64,000 nt of DNA from Eubacterium sp. (lineage in GTDB: Bacteria > Bacillota > Clostridia > Oscillospirales > Acutalibacteraceae), in contig JBJEPH010000108.1 of the NCBI GenBank assembly GCA_051881135.1, positions 59,728-123,727 of the forward strand. The letters run 5' to 3'. Shown here in pieces: positions 36,058-45,348 of this stretch. How positions within the stretch are numbered: position 1 is the first letter of the stretch; each line of letters starts with the position of its first letter. The notes beneath the pieces are model-generated. The model did no database searches. It saw nothing but the letters and a program-made list of their open reading frames with translations, and was not told where the DNA came from. A program made the position numbers and the translations under genes.

Positions 36058-36369
36058 ATGTTAGTAGTAACAACAGAAACAATCAGCGGAAAGAACATTC
36101 AACATTTGGGAATAGTTTCCGGAAACACTGTGCGTTCTAAAAACGTTGTAAAGGATTTCGGCGCAGGAATGAAATCCATCGTGGGCGGTGAGCTTGTTTC
36201 CTATCAAAAAATGCTTGCAGAAGCCCGTGATATTGCTCTGCAAAGAATGATTGAACAGGCACACGCAATGGGCGCCGACGCAGTTGTAAATGTAAGATTT
36301 TCAAGCTCTGCAATTGTTCAGGGCGCTGCTGAAATAGTTGCTTCAGGCACAGCTGTAAAATTTGTTTAA
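36058..36369 (+). CDS. YbjQ/UPF0145 family protein
   Basis: 103 aa. Contains MLVVTTETISGKNIQHLGIVSGNTVRSKNVVKDFGAGMKSIVGGELVSYQKMLAEARDIALQRMIEQA..MGADAVVNVRF. Confidence 0.9.
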   Translation: MLVVTTETISGKNIQHLGIVSGNTVRSKNVVKDFGAGMKSIVGGELVSYQKMLAEARDIALQRMIEQAHAMGADAVVNVRFSSSAIVQGAAEIVASGTAVKFV

Positions 36370-36388
36370 CAACAGTATAGCAACAATT

Positions 36389-36420
36389 AAAGCCTCCTAT
36401 GAAAAAACTTAGGAGGCTTT
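36389..36420. terminator. Intrinsic terminator between ybjQ-like and PFOR (convergent)
   Basis: AAAGCCTCCTA-loop-TAGGAGGCTTT followed by TGTTAG. Confidence 0.65.
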
Positions 36421-36432
36421 TGTTAGTTACTG

Positions 36433-39400
36433 TTAGTCCTGTGCAGGAGCATAGTAGTCAACAAGCTTTGCAAGCTTATTATACTTTTCAATAGAGTTCT
36501 CTGCGGCAATAGCAAACAGTTCTTCTGCCTTGCCCGGGAAGCTTCTCTTAAGAGCTGAATATCTTGTTTCGCCCTCGATAAATTCTACATAATCTGCAGT
36601 AGGAGCCTTAGAATCGAGTGAGAACGGATTCTTGCCCTCTGCGATAAGTGCAGGATTGTAACGGAACAGATTCCAGTATCCGGCCATAACAGCCTTCTTC
36701 TGCTCAGCCTGATTGAACGGCATCTTGATACCGTGGTTGATACAAGGAGCGTAGCAGATAACGATAGAAGGACCGTTGTATGCAGCAGCCTCCTGGAATG
36801 CTTTTAAGCATTGGTTAGCGTTAGCACCCATAGCAACCTGTGCAACATATACATAGCCGTAGGACATAGCGATTTGAGCCAAATCCTTCTTCTTAACAAC
36901 CTTACCTGATGCGGCAAACTTAGCAACTGCACCTGTTGGAGTAGCCTTTGAAGCCTGACCGCCTGTGTTTGAGTAAACCTCTGTATCAAATACTACGATA
37001 TTAACATCCTCGTTTGAAGCAAGAACATGGTCAAGACCGCCGAAGCCGATATCGTAAGCCCAACCGTCACCACCGAAGATGAATTGATACTTCTTAGCGG
37101 CATAATCTGCATCCTTAAGGAAGTCCTCGGCAGCGTCAGCAGCCTCGCCTGTAAGGTTAGCAGACTTAAGAGCGGCGATAAGAGCCTTTGCGTCAGCCTC
37201 GTTCTTTTCTGCATCCTCGTAGGTTGCAAGCCAAGCGTCAGCCTCAGCTACGCCTGCCTTTGAAAGAACCTCGGCATCAGCGGCAAGTCTTTCTCTGATT
37301 TGCTTTTGAGCAAGATACATACCGTAACCGAACTCTGCATTATCCTCAAACAATGAGTTTGACCATGCAGGACCGTGACCGTTTTTATCAACTGTATAAG
37401 GAGTTGAAGGAGCGGAACCACCCCAAATTGATGAACAACCTGTTGCATTTGCAATGTACATCTTGTCGCCGTAAAGCTGAGTAACAAGCTTTGCGTAAGG
37501 TGTTTCACCACAGCCTGCGCAAGCGCCTGAGAATTCGAGATAAGGCTTTCTGAACTGTACGCCGATTGTGTTAGGTGTGAGAACCTCCGGCTTAGCAGGA
37601 GTATCAACAAGAGCGTCAAACGACTTTTGAACACCAAGCTGTGAAGCGATTGGCTTCATTGTAAGTGACTTTGTAGGACAAACATTTGCGCAAGAGCCGC
37701 ATCCTGTACAGTCGAGAGCTGATACGATGAGAGCAAATTGGTAATCTGTTCTCTTATGCTTAATCATTGTTGTTCCTTCAGGAGCCGCAGCTGCTTCATC
37801 AGCATCCAAGCAGATAGGTCTGATAACAGCGTGAGGGCAAACCATTGAACACATATTACACTGTGCACACTTTGTAGGATTCCATTCCGGAACTGCGATA
37901 GCGATACCTCTCTTTTCAAATGCAGCAGAGCCTTGAGGATATACACCGTCTGCACTGTCAACAAATGCAGATACAGGAAGGTCGTCACCGTGAAGTCTGC
38001 CTACCGGGTCAAGAATATTCTTAACAAATGCCTTCATTTCAGGTCTGTCTGTATCAACAACAAGCTCTCTGTCCTCATCAACAGCATCCTTCCAGGAAGC
38101 AGGAACATCAATTTTAACAACTTCCTTAGAGCCTCTGTCAATACCGTTGCAGTTTGCATTTACGATAGCCTCGCCCTTCTTTGAGAACTTAGCAACAACC
38201 TTTTCCTTCATATATCCGATTGCTTCATCAACAGGAAGAATTCCGCTGATTGTGAAGAATGCAGACTGAAGAATTGTTGAAGCTCTGCCCGGAAGACCAA
38301 CCTCCTCGGCAATTTTGATACCGTTGATTGTGTAGAAATTGATATCGTTTTCTGCAATGTATCTCTTCATAGAAGCAGGAAGCTGTGCGTCAAGCTCCTC
38401 AGGTGACCAAATGCAGTTAAGAAGGAATGTGCCGCCCGGTACAAGATCCTGTACCATATCATACTTTGTAACATATGAAGGGTTGTGGCAGGCAACAAAG
38501 TTTGCCTTATTGATAAGATATGTAGAGGTAATCGGTGATGAGCCGAAACGAAGGTGGGATACTGTGATACCGCCCGACTTCTTTGAATCGTAGAAGAAGT
38601 AGCCCTGTGCATACATATCTGTGTGGTCGCCGATAATCTTGATAGAGTCCTTATTAGCACCTACCGTACCGTCTGAGCCAAGTCCCCAGAACTTACATGA
38701 TGTTGTGCCTGCAGGAGTTGTGTCAGGAGTTTCGGTGATAGGCAGTGAAAGATTTGTAACGTCGTCATTAATTGAAAGAGCAAAGGTCTTCTTTGGCTGA
38801 GCGGCGTTCATATTTGCATATACAGCGATAATATGTGCAGGAAGTGTATCCTTTGAGCCTAAGCCGTAACGACCGCCGTAAACAGGAACGCTGTCAAACT
38901 TTGAGCCCTTGAGTGCTGCAACAACATCAAGATAAAGCGGCTCGCCGAGTGCGCCCGGCTCCTTTGTTCTGTCGATAACGGAAATGCACTTAACGCTGTC
39001 GGGAATTGAATTAACAAGATGCTCAACAGAGAACGGTCTGTAAAGGTGAACGCAAATCATACCAACCTTTTCGCCTCTTGCGTTAAGGAAATCCACTGTT
39101 TCCTTAATTGTGTCGCAAACAGAGCCCATAGCAACGATAATTCTGTCTGCATCCGGAGCACCGTAGTAGTTGAACGGCTTATAGTCTGTTCCGAGCTTTT
39201 CGTTAACCTTATTCATATACATCTCGGTAGCAGCAACAGCGTCGTTGTAGTATTTGTTACAAGCCTCTCTGTGCTGGAAGAAGATGTCGGAGTTTTCTGC
39301 CGAACCGCGAAGAACGGGCCTTTCGGGATTTAATGCTCTTGCTCTGAAATCTGCAACATCCTGCATATCAATCATTTCTCTGAGGTCCTCATAATCCCAA

Positions 39401-39954
39401 ACCTCAATCTTCTGAACCTCGTGTGAGGTACGGAAGCCGTCAAAGAAATGAAGATAAGGAACTCTGCTCTTGAGAGTTGCAAGGTGAGCAACTGCACCGA
39501 GGTCCATAACCTCCTGTACATTTGCCGAGCAAAGCATAGCATAGCCTGTCTGACGGCATGCCATAACATCGGAATGGTCACCGAAAATGTTAAGAGCGTG
39601 AGTAGATACGCAACGGGCAGATACATGAATAACGCTCGGGATAAGCTCACCGGCAATCTTATACATATTAGGTATCATAAGCAATAAGCCCTGTGAAGCA
39701 GTATAGGTTGTTGTGAGCGCACCTGCTGAAAGTGAGCCGTGAACTGCACCTGCTGCACCGGCCTCGGACTCAAGCTCTGCAACCTTTACTGTTTGGTTGA
39801 AAAGGTTTTTTACACCCTTTGCAGCCATTGCGTCGGTTTCCTCAGCCATAGGTGAAGAAGGTGTGATAGGATAGATAGCAGCAACTTCTGTAAACGCATA
39901 GCTAACATGAGCAGCAGCGCTGTTACCGTCCATGGTTTTCTTTTTTCTTGCCAT
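36433..39954 (-). CDS. nifJ: Pyruvate:ferredoxin (flavodoxin) oxidoreductase
   Basis: I chose the start at MARKKKTMDGNSAAAHVSYAFTEVAAIYPITPSSPMAE, 7 nt after a GGAGGA RBS. The ORF-track start at 40014 is an upstream extension. Two ferredoxin-type CxxCxxCxxxCP motifs are present (CAQCNMCSMVCP, CTGCGSCANVCP). The TPP-binding region is GGDGWAYDIGFGG. Confidence 0.97.
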   Translation of the reverse strand: MARKKKTMDGNSAAAHVSYAFTEVAAIYPITPSSPMAEETDAMAAKGVKNLFNQTVKVAELESEAGAAGAVHGSLSAGALTTTYTASQGLLLMIPNMYKIAGELIPSVIHVSARCVSTHALNIFGDHSDVMACRQTGYAMLCSANVQEVMDLGAVAHLATLKSRVPYLHFFDGFRTSHEVQKIEVWDYEDLREMIDMQDVADFRARALNPERPVLRGSAENSDIFFQHREACNKYYNDAVAATEMYMNKVNEKLGTDYKPFNYYGAPDADRIIVAMGSVCDTIKETVDFLNARGEKVGMICVHLYRPFSVEHLVNSIPDSVKCISVIDRTKEPGALGEPLYLDVVAALKGSKFDSVPVYGGRYGLGSKDTLPAHIIAVYANMNAAQPKKTFALSINDDVTNLSLPITETPDTTPAGTTSCKFWGLGSDGTVGANKDSIKIIGDHTDMYAQGYFFYDSKKSGGITVSHLRFGSSPITSTYLINKANFVACHNPSYVTKYDMVQDLVPGGTFLLNCIWSPEELDAQLPASMKRYIAENDINFYTINGIKIAEEVGLPGRASTILQSAFFTISGILPVDEAIGYMKEKVVAKFSKKGEAIVNANCNGIDRGSKEVVKIDVPASWKDAVDEDRELVVDTDRPEMKAFVKNILDPVGRLHGDDLPVSAFVDSADGVYPQGSAAFEKRGIAIAVPEWNPTKCAQCNMCSMVCPHAVIRPICLDADEAAAAPEGTTMIKHKRTDYQFALIVSALDCTGCGSCANVCPTKSLTMKPIASQLGVQKSFDALVDTPAKPEVLTPNTIGVQFRKPYLEFSGACAGCGETPYAKLVTQLYGDKMYIANATGCSSIWGGSAPSTPYTVDKNGHGPAWSNSLFEDNAEFGYGMYLAQKQIRERLAADAEVLSKAGVAEADAWLATYEDAEKNEADAKALIAALKSANLTGEAADAAEDFLKDADYAAKKYQFIFGGDGWAYDIGFGGLDHVLASNEDVNIVVFDTEVYSNTGGQASKATPTGAVAKFAASGKVVKKKDLAQIAMSYGYVYVAQVAMGANANQCLKAFQEAAAYNGPSIVICYAPCINHGIKMPFNQAEQKKAVMAGYWNLFRYNPALIAEGKNPFSLDSKAPTADYVEFIEGETRYSALKRSFPGKAEELFAIAAENSIEKYNKLAKLVDYYAPAQD

Positions 39955-40019
39955 TGGAAATTCCTCCATATATAAAAAATATTTATTTACTGTCGGTGGG
40001 ATTGTCCCACACACAAAAC

Positions 40020-40048
40020 ATTATAGCACCACAAAAAAGCAAATTCAA
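40020..40048 (-). promoter_or_regulatory. Sigma-A type promoter of the PFOR gene
   Basis: On the minus strand: TTGAAT, a 17-nt spacer, then TATAAT. The 5' UTR is about 60 nt and contains a GTGGGA-CAA-TCCCAC hairpin. Confidence 0.55.
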
Positions 40049-40106
40049 CACTATATTATAAAAAATAATATATTTATTTTATAGAAAGCACAATTACACT
40101 GTAATA

Positions 40107-40139
40107 AAACGGCAGAATGAAAGCTACATTCTGCCGTTT
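40107..40139 (-). terminator. Intrinsic terminator overlapping the stop codon of the 149-aa gene
   Basis: AAACGGCAGAATG-TAGCTTT-CATTCTGCCGTTT followed by TATTAC on the minus strand. The TAG stop lies in the loop. Confidence 0.6.
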
Positions 40140-40573
40140 AATTCGTCGGTAATATTTTTAAGCGTTTTTTTAGTTGTTAATCCAAGCGTAACAGTGACCG
40201 TTTTTTCGTCCTTCAAATAAAAAATAAGGCTTGAATATCTGTCGATAAAATTTTTCCTTAGGCTAATGCTGTCGTCCTTGCGAGCTTCTACTCTTTCGAT
40301 ATCGCAATATTTAAATTCGTTATCCGTATCAAGCCCTGTAAATTCAACTCTGTCCTCATAAAATTTTACGCCGTTTTTGAAAAGCTGAGCCGTTGATAAA
40401 AAAGCCACAACGCTTACAAATGCCACAATAAGCACAAATGCAATATTTATGAGCTTTGCATCTTCAATAATTTTGCCAACGGCAAGGCAGTCAAAATAAA
40501 TGCAGCCACCGTCGAGCAACAGCATAACTAATAGGTTTATCGGGGATAAAATATGATAAAACTTTTCTTTCAT
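40124..40573 (-). CDS. Small membrane protein (2 TM) with a soluble C-terminal domain; unknown function
   Basis: 149 aa. The TMs are INLLVMLLLDGGCIYF and INIAFVLIVAFVSVVAFL. Its start overlaps the rluA-family stop by 1 nt. Confidence 0.65.
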   Translation of the reverse strand: MKEKFYHILSPINLLVMLLLDGGCIYFDCLAVGKIIEDAKLINIAFVLIVAFVSVVAFLSTAQLFKNGVKFYEDRVEFTGLDTDNEFKYCDIERVEARKDDSISLRKNFIDRYSSLIFYLKDEKTVTVTLGLTTKKTLKNITDELNGRM

Positions 40574-41526
40574 TAGTATTTTCTCTCTTTAAATTTCTGC
40601 ATTACCTCACAGCTATCAGAAACAAATTCCCTGCCGTTGAGATAGTTTAAAGCACCTGCATCCTGTGTAAAATTAAACCTCAGCCTGTACGAATAAAGCT
40701 CCTGCTTAAATCTGCCGTGAGCAGAGCCGTATTTTCCGTCGTTCAGCAGAGGATGACCTATGGACGCAAGATGCGCTCTTATTTGGTGAGTTCTGCCTGT
40801 TAAAAGCTCAATCTCAACCAGGCTTTTACCGTCATAGCTGTCTAAAACAGTATATTTTGTTTTTATAAATTTAGAATTATCGACAGGCTTCTCTGTGACG
40901 GTTACCATATTTTTTCTCTCGTCCTTAACGAGATAGCCCTCTAAAACTTCGCTTTTCCTTTCGAACACACCCTCGCACACGGTAAGGTAGTATTTGTCAA
41001 TTTCTCTGTTCTTGATTTTTTGATTTAAAACCCTTAACGCCTGATAGTTTTTAGCGCCGATAACAATACCGCCTGTATTTCGGTCAATTCTGTTTGCGAG
41101 GGAGGGTGTAAAGGAATTTTCCCTGTCGGGAGACCACTCCCCTTTTTCATACAGATAGCGCTTTAGTGACGCAACAAGCGTATTTACATATTCCCTGCCG
41201 TCAGGATGGCAAAGCTCGCCCTGCTTTTTATCTAAAAGGATAATGTTTTCATCCTCGTAAATAATTCGCAAATCCTTGGGCGCACGCAGAAAATCGTAAT
41301 GCTGCTTTTTCTCGGCGAGCAGGTCGTCGTTGAGATATAATTCAATAACATCTCCCTGTTCCAAAAGCTGCTCCGCCGTGCATCGCTTACGGTTTATTTT
41401 TATATTCTTTTTTCTGATTTGCTTAAACATCATAGATTTGGGTAGAGAGGAATAATGCTTCATTAGAAATTTATCCAATCTCTGTCCTGCATCATTTGCG
41501 CTTACGGTAATACTTTTCATAAGCAT
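40573..41526 (-). CDS. RluA-family pseudouridine synthase (RluD/RluC-like) with an S4 domain
   Basis: 317 aa. Contains QRLDKFL (S4 domain) and the active-site motif LANRIDRNTGGIVIGAKN, plus HQIRAHLASIGHPLLNDGKYG. Confidence 0.93.
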   Translation of the reverse strand: MLMKSITVSANDAGQRLDKFLMKHYSSLPKSMMFKQIRKKNIKINRKRCTAEQLLEQGDVIELYLNDDLLAEKKQHYDFLRAPKDLRIIYEDENIILLDKKQGELCHPDGREYVNTLVASLKRYLYEKGEWSPDRENSFTPSLANRIDRNTGGIVIGAKNYQALRVLNQKIKNREIDKYYLTVCEGVFERKSEVLEGYLVKDERKNMVTVTEKPVDNSKFIKTKYTVLDSYDGKSLVEIELLTGRTHQIRAHLASIGHPLLNDGKYGSAHGRFKQELYSYRLRFNFTQDAGALNYLNGREFVSDSCEVMQKFKERKY

Positions 41527-41602
41527 ATTATATATTCTTTAAGCGTCATAATCAACCAAAAAATAAAACTCCCGACAAATAAAATGTCGGGAGTAGAAAT
41601 CG

Positions 41603-42814
41603 TTAAGCCATAAGCTTACGGATAACAGCCTCACAATCGGCGGCATCCATAATCTTCGGTACGGGATAAAGCGGATTACCCTCCTTGAGCGCACGGGCAA
41701 CCAAGGTAGGCATATCCTCCTCCTTAATCATATCGAACTTCTCGGGAATATTCATAGCCGCATTCATTCTGCGAATTTCAGCGATGAAAGCCTTACCCTT
41801 ATCAGAGGTTGACATAGACGGAGTTGTTATGCCTATAATGTCGGCAAGCTTTGCAAGCTGAGGATAAGCACTCTCTCCGTAATAGTCAAGAACATAAGGA
41901 AGTATAACGGCGTTAGCAAGACCGTGCGGAACTCCGTACAGACCTCCGAGATTATGAGCAATAGCGTGAACATATCCTACATAGGCGTGTGTGAAAGCAC
42001 GGCCTGCATAATATGAGCCCTTAAGCATATTGCCTCTTGCCTCTAAGTTCTTGCCGTCGTTATAAGCCGTTTCAAGATTTTCATGAATAAGCTTTGTGGC
42101 AAGCTCTGCTTCCCTGATAGTGTCCTTTGTGTTGCTGTGGCCGATATAAGCCTCTACGGCATGAGTCATTGCATCCATACCTGTTGTCGAAGTGATGTGT
42201 GGTGGCAGACCTACGGTTAATTCCGGGTCAAGCACAGCATACTTTGGACGAAGACAGGTATCATTGATAGCGTTCTTCTCATGTGTGTCGGGATCGGTTA
42301 CAACAGCAGCAACTGTTGTTTCTGAGCCTGTACCTGCAGTTGTCGGAACTGCAAAAAACGGTGGTAGCTTTTTATGTACCTTTAACTGACCGCGCATATC
42401 GCGAACAGACTGATTTGGCTTTACAACTCTTGCACCGGCAGCCTTTGCACAGTCCATAGCAGAACCGCCGCCGAATGCAATGATGCCCTCACAGCCGTTT
42501 TGAACATATGCGTCCTTTGCATCTTCGATGTTTGGAATGGTAGGATTTGGCTGAACACCGTCATATACAACATATTCGATGCCAACCTCTTCGAGCTTTG
42601 CAAACATAGGGTCAAGAAGATGAAGTCCCATCAGACCTTTATCTGTTACAACCAAAACCTTCTTAATGCCCTTGCCCTTGATAAACTCGGGGAGTTTAAG
42701 AACAGAGCCGGCACCCTCAAGAAGCTCCGGTTCGGACCAGTCCATAAAGCACATAGCAACCTTAAATACATTCTGGTAAATACGATACCAGATTTTCTTT
42801 AAAGTCCAGAGCAT
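41603..42814 (-). CDS. Iron-containing (group III) alcohol dehydrogenase
   Basis: 403 aa. Contains GGGSAMDCAKA, PTTAGTGSETT and the metal-binding His cluster HAVEAY...HAYVGYVHAIAHNLGGLYGVPHG. Confidence 0.93.
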   Translation of the reverse strand: MLWTLKKIWYRIYQNVFKVAMCFMDWSEPELLEGAGSVLKLPEFIKGKGIKKVLVVTDKGLMGLHLLDPMFAKLEEVGIEYVVYDGVQPNPTIPNIEDAKDAYVQNGCEGIIAFGGGSAMDCAKAAGARVVKPNQSVRDMRGQLKVHKKLPPFFAVPTTAGTGSETTVAAVVTDPDTHEKNAINDTCLRPKYAVLDPELTVGLPPHITSTTGMDAMTHAVEAYIGHSNTKDTIREAELATKLIHENLETAYNDGKNLEARGNMLKGSYYAGRAFTHAYVGYVHAIAHNLGGLYGVPHGLANAVILPYVLDYYGESAYPQLAKLADIIGITTPSMSTSDKGKAFIAEIRRMNAAMNIPEKFDMIKEEDMPTLVARALKEGNPLYPVPKIMDAADCEAVIRKLMA

Positions 42815-42845
42815 TTGAATTCCTCCTTTATTTATTTTCTATTAT

Positions 42846-42874
42846 ATTTTACAAAACTTTCCTTGACATTTCAA
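42846..42874 (-). promoter_or_regulatory. Sigma-A type promoter of the alcohol dehydrogenase gene
   Basis: On the minus strand: TTGAAA, a 17-nt spacer, then TAAAAT. An AAAGGAGGAA RBS follows. Confidence 0.5.
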
Positions 42875-42945
42875 TAGTAATGACGAAAAAAATACAATAA
42901 TTATACAAATTAATCAAAAAATATAAAGCCCGTTAGGACTTTATA

Positions 42946-43611
42946 CTACTCAAAATATTTACGCAGGGGAAATCTGTCGAACAATGTAAAATGTTTGTTG
43001 ATAAGCTTTGAAAAGAAAGCGATGATATTTCCGTTGAAAACAGCCATAATAAGCGTTCCGACATTAATTGCAATAAGCCTTTTAAACAAAATCAGGCTTA
43101 GCAAAACGGAAGCAATAAGCATTGCAAAGTCGTAGCAAAGCTTCCATTTGCGCATATCAAGCTTTTTCTCCTCGCCCACATTTCTGACAAAATAATCGTA
43201 TGCGCAGGGTGCGAGATATGTATTAAAAAACAGGGCAACCGACAGACTTGTTAAAACCATACCTGCCAGCAACAGAATAATTCTTAACGCAATGTGATTT
43301 GCCTGAAAAAAGCCTGTAATATAAATATCAAAATCGAGCAAAATGCCGTATATAAATGCGCTTAAAAACGAGGTTAAATAGGTTAGTCTGAATTTTTTGA
43401 TTATCACGCACATAAGCACAATAAAGAGTGCCTGCATAATCCATTCGGTTTGACCGGTGGTGATAAAAGGCACCCTTTCGCTTATTATGTAGCTTGGAGC
43501 CGCTATCATCGACATACCCAAATCCGCCTTAATTGTCAGCGAAACGGCAAAGGGCATAATCAGCATACCCAAGACATAGCACAGCTCTCTTGACAGCTTA
43601 ATCTTCTTCAT
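42946..43611 (-). CDS. Polytopic membrane protein (YczE/DUF6198-like), unknown function
   Basis: 221 aa with about 6 TM. The N-terminus is KLSRELCYVLGMLIMPFAVSLTIKADLGMSMIAAPSY. It overlaps the upstream acetyltransferase gene by 14 nt. Confidence 0.7.
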   Translation of the reverse strand: MKKIKLSRELCYVLGMLIMPFAVSLTIKADLGMSMIAAPSYIISERVPFITTGQTEWIMQALFIVLMCVIIKKFRLTYLTSFLSAFIYGILLDFDIYITGFFQANHIALRIILLLAGMVLTSLSVALFFNTYLAPCAYDYFVRNVGEEKKLDMRKWKLCYDFAMLIASVLLSLILFKRLIAINVGTLIMAVFNGNIIAFFSKLINKHFTLFDRFPLRKYFE

Positions 43612-44230
43612 ATAATTCTATAATGCTTTCCCAATCTATTTTTTTATCTCTAAAATAAAATTCATCGTCATGCTCGCCGACCTCGCGGAGAACTCGGCAG
43701 GGATTACCCACGGCAACAACATTTGACGGGATATCCTTTGTTACAACAGCCCCGGCGCCGATAACGGTGTTATCTCCGATGGTAACTCCGGGAAGCACAA
43801 CAGCGCCTGCGCCTATCCAAACATTTTTTCCGATATGCACATCTGCATTATACTGAAATCCGCGCTTGCGAAGCTTGGCGTTGATGGGATGTCCTGCAGT
43901 GGCTATGGTAACATTGGGCGCAATCATTGTATCATCGCCGATATAAATATGCCCGTCGTCAACTAAGGTGAGATTAAAATTTGCATAAACGTGGTTTCCG
44001 AGATGCACATTTGAGCCGCCCCAATTTGCATAAAACGGCGGTTGTATATAGCAATCCTCACCGACATCACCGAAAATTAATGGCATAAGCTCTGCCATGC
44101 GTTTTTCATCGCCTAATCCGAGAGAATTATATTCCTTAAGATGAGAAGCGAAATTTCGCTGAACGGATAAAATATCCTCGCCCTCGCAGTCATAGATAAG
44201 ACCTGCTTGCATTCTTTCATAATTATTCAT
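43598..44230 (-). CDS. Sugar O-acetyltransferase (maltose/galactoside acetyltransferase family, left-handed beta-helix)
   Basis: 210 aa. Contains MQAGLIYD...N-terminal Mac domain, hexapeptide repeats (IGDDTMIAPNVTIATAGHP...IGKNVWIGAGAVVLPGVTIGDNTVIGAGAVV) and VAVGNPCRVLREV. Confidence 0.92.
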   Translation of the reverse strand: MNNYERMQAGLIYDCEGEDILSVQRNFASHLKEYNSLGLGDEKRMAELMPLIFGDVGEDCYIQPPFYANWGGSNVHLGNHVYANFNLTLVDDGHIYIGDDTMIAPNVTIATAGHPINAKLRKRGFQYNADVHIGKNVWIGAGAVVLPGVTIGDNTVIGAGAVVTKDIPSNVVAVGNPCRVLREVGEHDDEFYFRDKKIDWESIIELYEED

Positions 44231-44236
44231 ACAATG

Positions 44237-44764
44237 CTATTCCTTTGGTATTTCCTTTAGCTTCATTTCCGAAAATTTGCCTGTTTCCAAATCCTTTTTA
44301 AGCAGCTTTTTGCCCTTTACCTGCAAATAATATTCGCCCTTATTATCGGTTGTATAGGTTTTTTCTCCTGTGTTTTGGTCGATATGAGCAATTTTGATGG
44401 TTGCCATAATTTTGATATATTCATCCTTATCGACCTCTTCGATAACATCGGACACAATAAAGCTGCAAAGCTGTCTTTCCTCTTTGGTTAAGCCAAGCTC
44501 TTCGTCCGAATAGCTTTGAATAAGCAATGATGCCTGCTTTGCACTTATCTTTGCAGAATCTATCTTCTTGCCCGAGGTGGTTGAAATAGACGCAACGGTT
44601 GTTGTGTGCTTTTTTTCTCTGTATTTTGTAGTAAGCTCGTTTCCGTCAATGCCTATGGCAACATTTGAGCCTTCATTTTGATTTGAATCGGCTTTACCCG
44701 AGCAAGCGGCAAAAACGCCTGCCAATACCGTAACCGATAGCAAAACAGCAATAATCTTTTTCAT
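44237..44764 (-). CDS. Lipoprotein, unknown function
   Basis: 175 aa. The lipobox is LAGVFAAC. Confidence 0.7.
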   Translation of the reverse strand: MKKIIAVLLSVTVLAGVFAACSGKADSNQNEGSNVAIGIDGNELTTKYREKKHTTTVASISTTSGKKIDSAKISAKQASLLIQSYSDEELGLTKEERQLCSFIVSDVIEEVDKDEYIKIMATIKIAHIDQNTGEKTYTTDNKGEYYLQVKGKKLLKKDLETGKFSEMKLKEIPKE

Positions 44765-44812
44765 ATCATTACCTCCGATACCATTAGATTATAAAATAGT
44801 GTCGATTTAAAG

Positions 44813-45256
44813 TCAATACAGTTGAAGAAGTTTGTTTACGGAGCTTTCGCCGAAAATCCGTATTCCGTTTTGATAAAGAAGCTCTGCCGTGATTCCGTTG
44901 CCGTTTATCTTGTTTCCCGTAAAGGTTCCGTCATAAATTTTGCCGAAGCCGCAGGAGGGAGAATTTTCTTTAAGGACAGCCGCAGGCGCATTAGCCTCCA
45001 TTGCAATATACAATGCGTGGTCGGCGCCCTTATTAAAGAATTCAGTTAAATCCTCGCCTGTTTTTGCATATGCCCTGCCGTTGCGAAGCTCGCTTGGCAC
45101 ACGGGGAATGGGAAGACCTCCGAAGCATTCGGGACAGATGGGCACAAGCTCAAATTTCTCCGCAAGCCTTATAACTTCTTCGTTTTTGTTGTTTGAGCCG
45201 TTATATTTACAGTTTTCACCTAAAAGGCAGGCTGATACCAAAATTTTTGTTTTCAT
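44813..45256 (-). CDS. DUF523 family protein (TudS-like Fe-S thiouracil desulfurase family)
   Basis: 147 aa. Contains MKTKILVSACLLGENCKYNGSNN...PICPECFGGLPIPR...SPSCG, the conserved Cys ligand pattern. Confidence 0.85.
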   Translation of the reverse strand: MKTKILVSACLLGENCKYNGSNNKNEEVIRLAEKFELVPICPECFGGLPIPRVPSELRNGRAYAKTGEDLTEFFNKGADHALYIAMEANAPAAVLKENSPSCGFGKIYDGTFTGNKINGNGITAELLYQNGIRIFGESSVNKLLQLY

Positions 45257-45348
45257 ATTATCACCGAGGATATTATAACATAATTGATTGACTTATTCTA
45301 TAACAATATGTTAATATTAATATACAGAATTATAAAGGGGAAGAATAT

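Noticed and set aside
39955-40014. N-terminal extensions in the ORF track: PFOR from 40014, the SPFH protein from 30326, TrmFO from 21380, the sigma factor from 7678, and MreB from 52316
   Set aside because: The upstream starts lack Shine-Dalgarno sequences or fall inside the preceding gene. The downstream ATGs have GGAGG-type RBSs and reproduce the canonical N-termini of their families.
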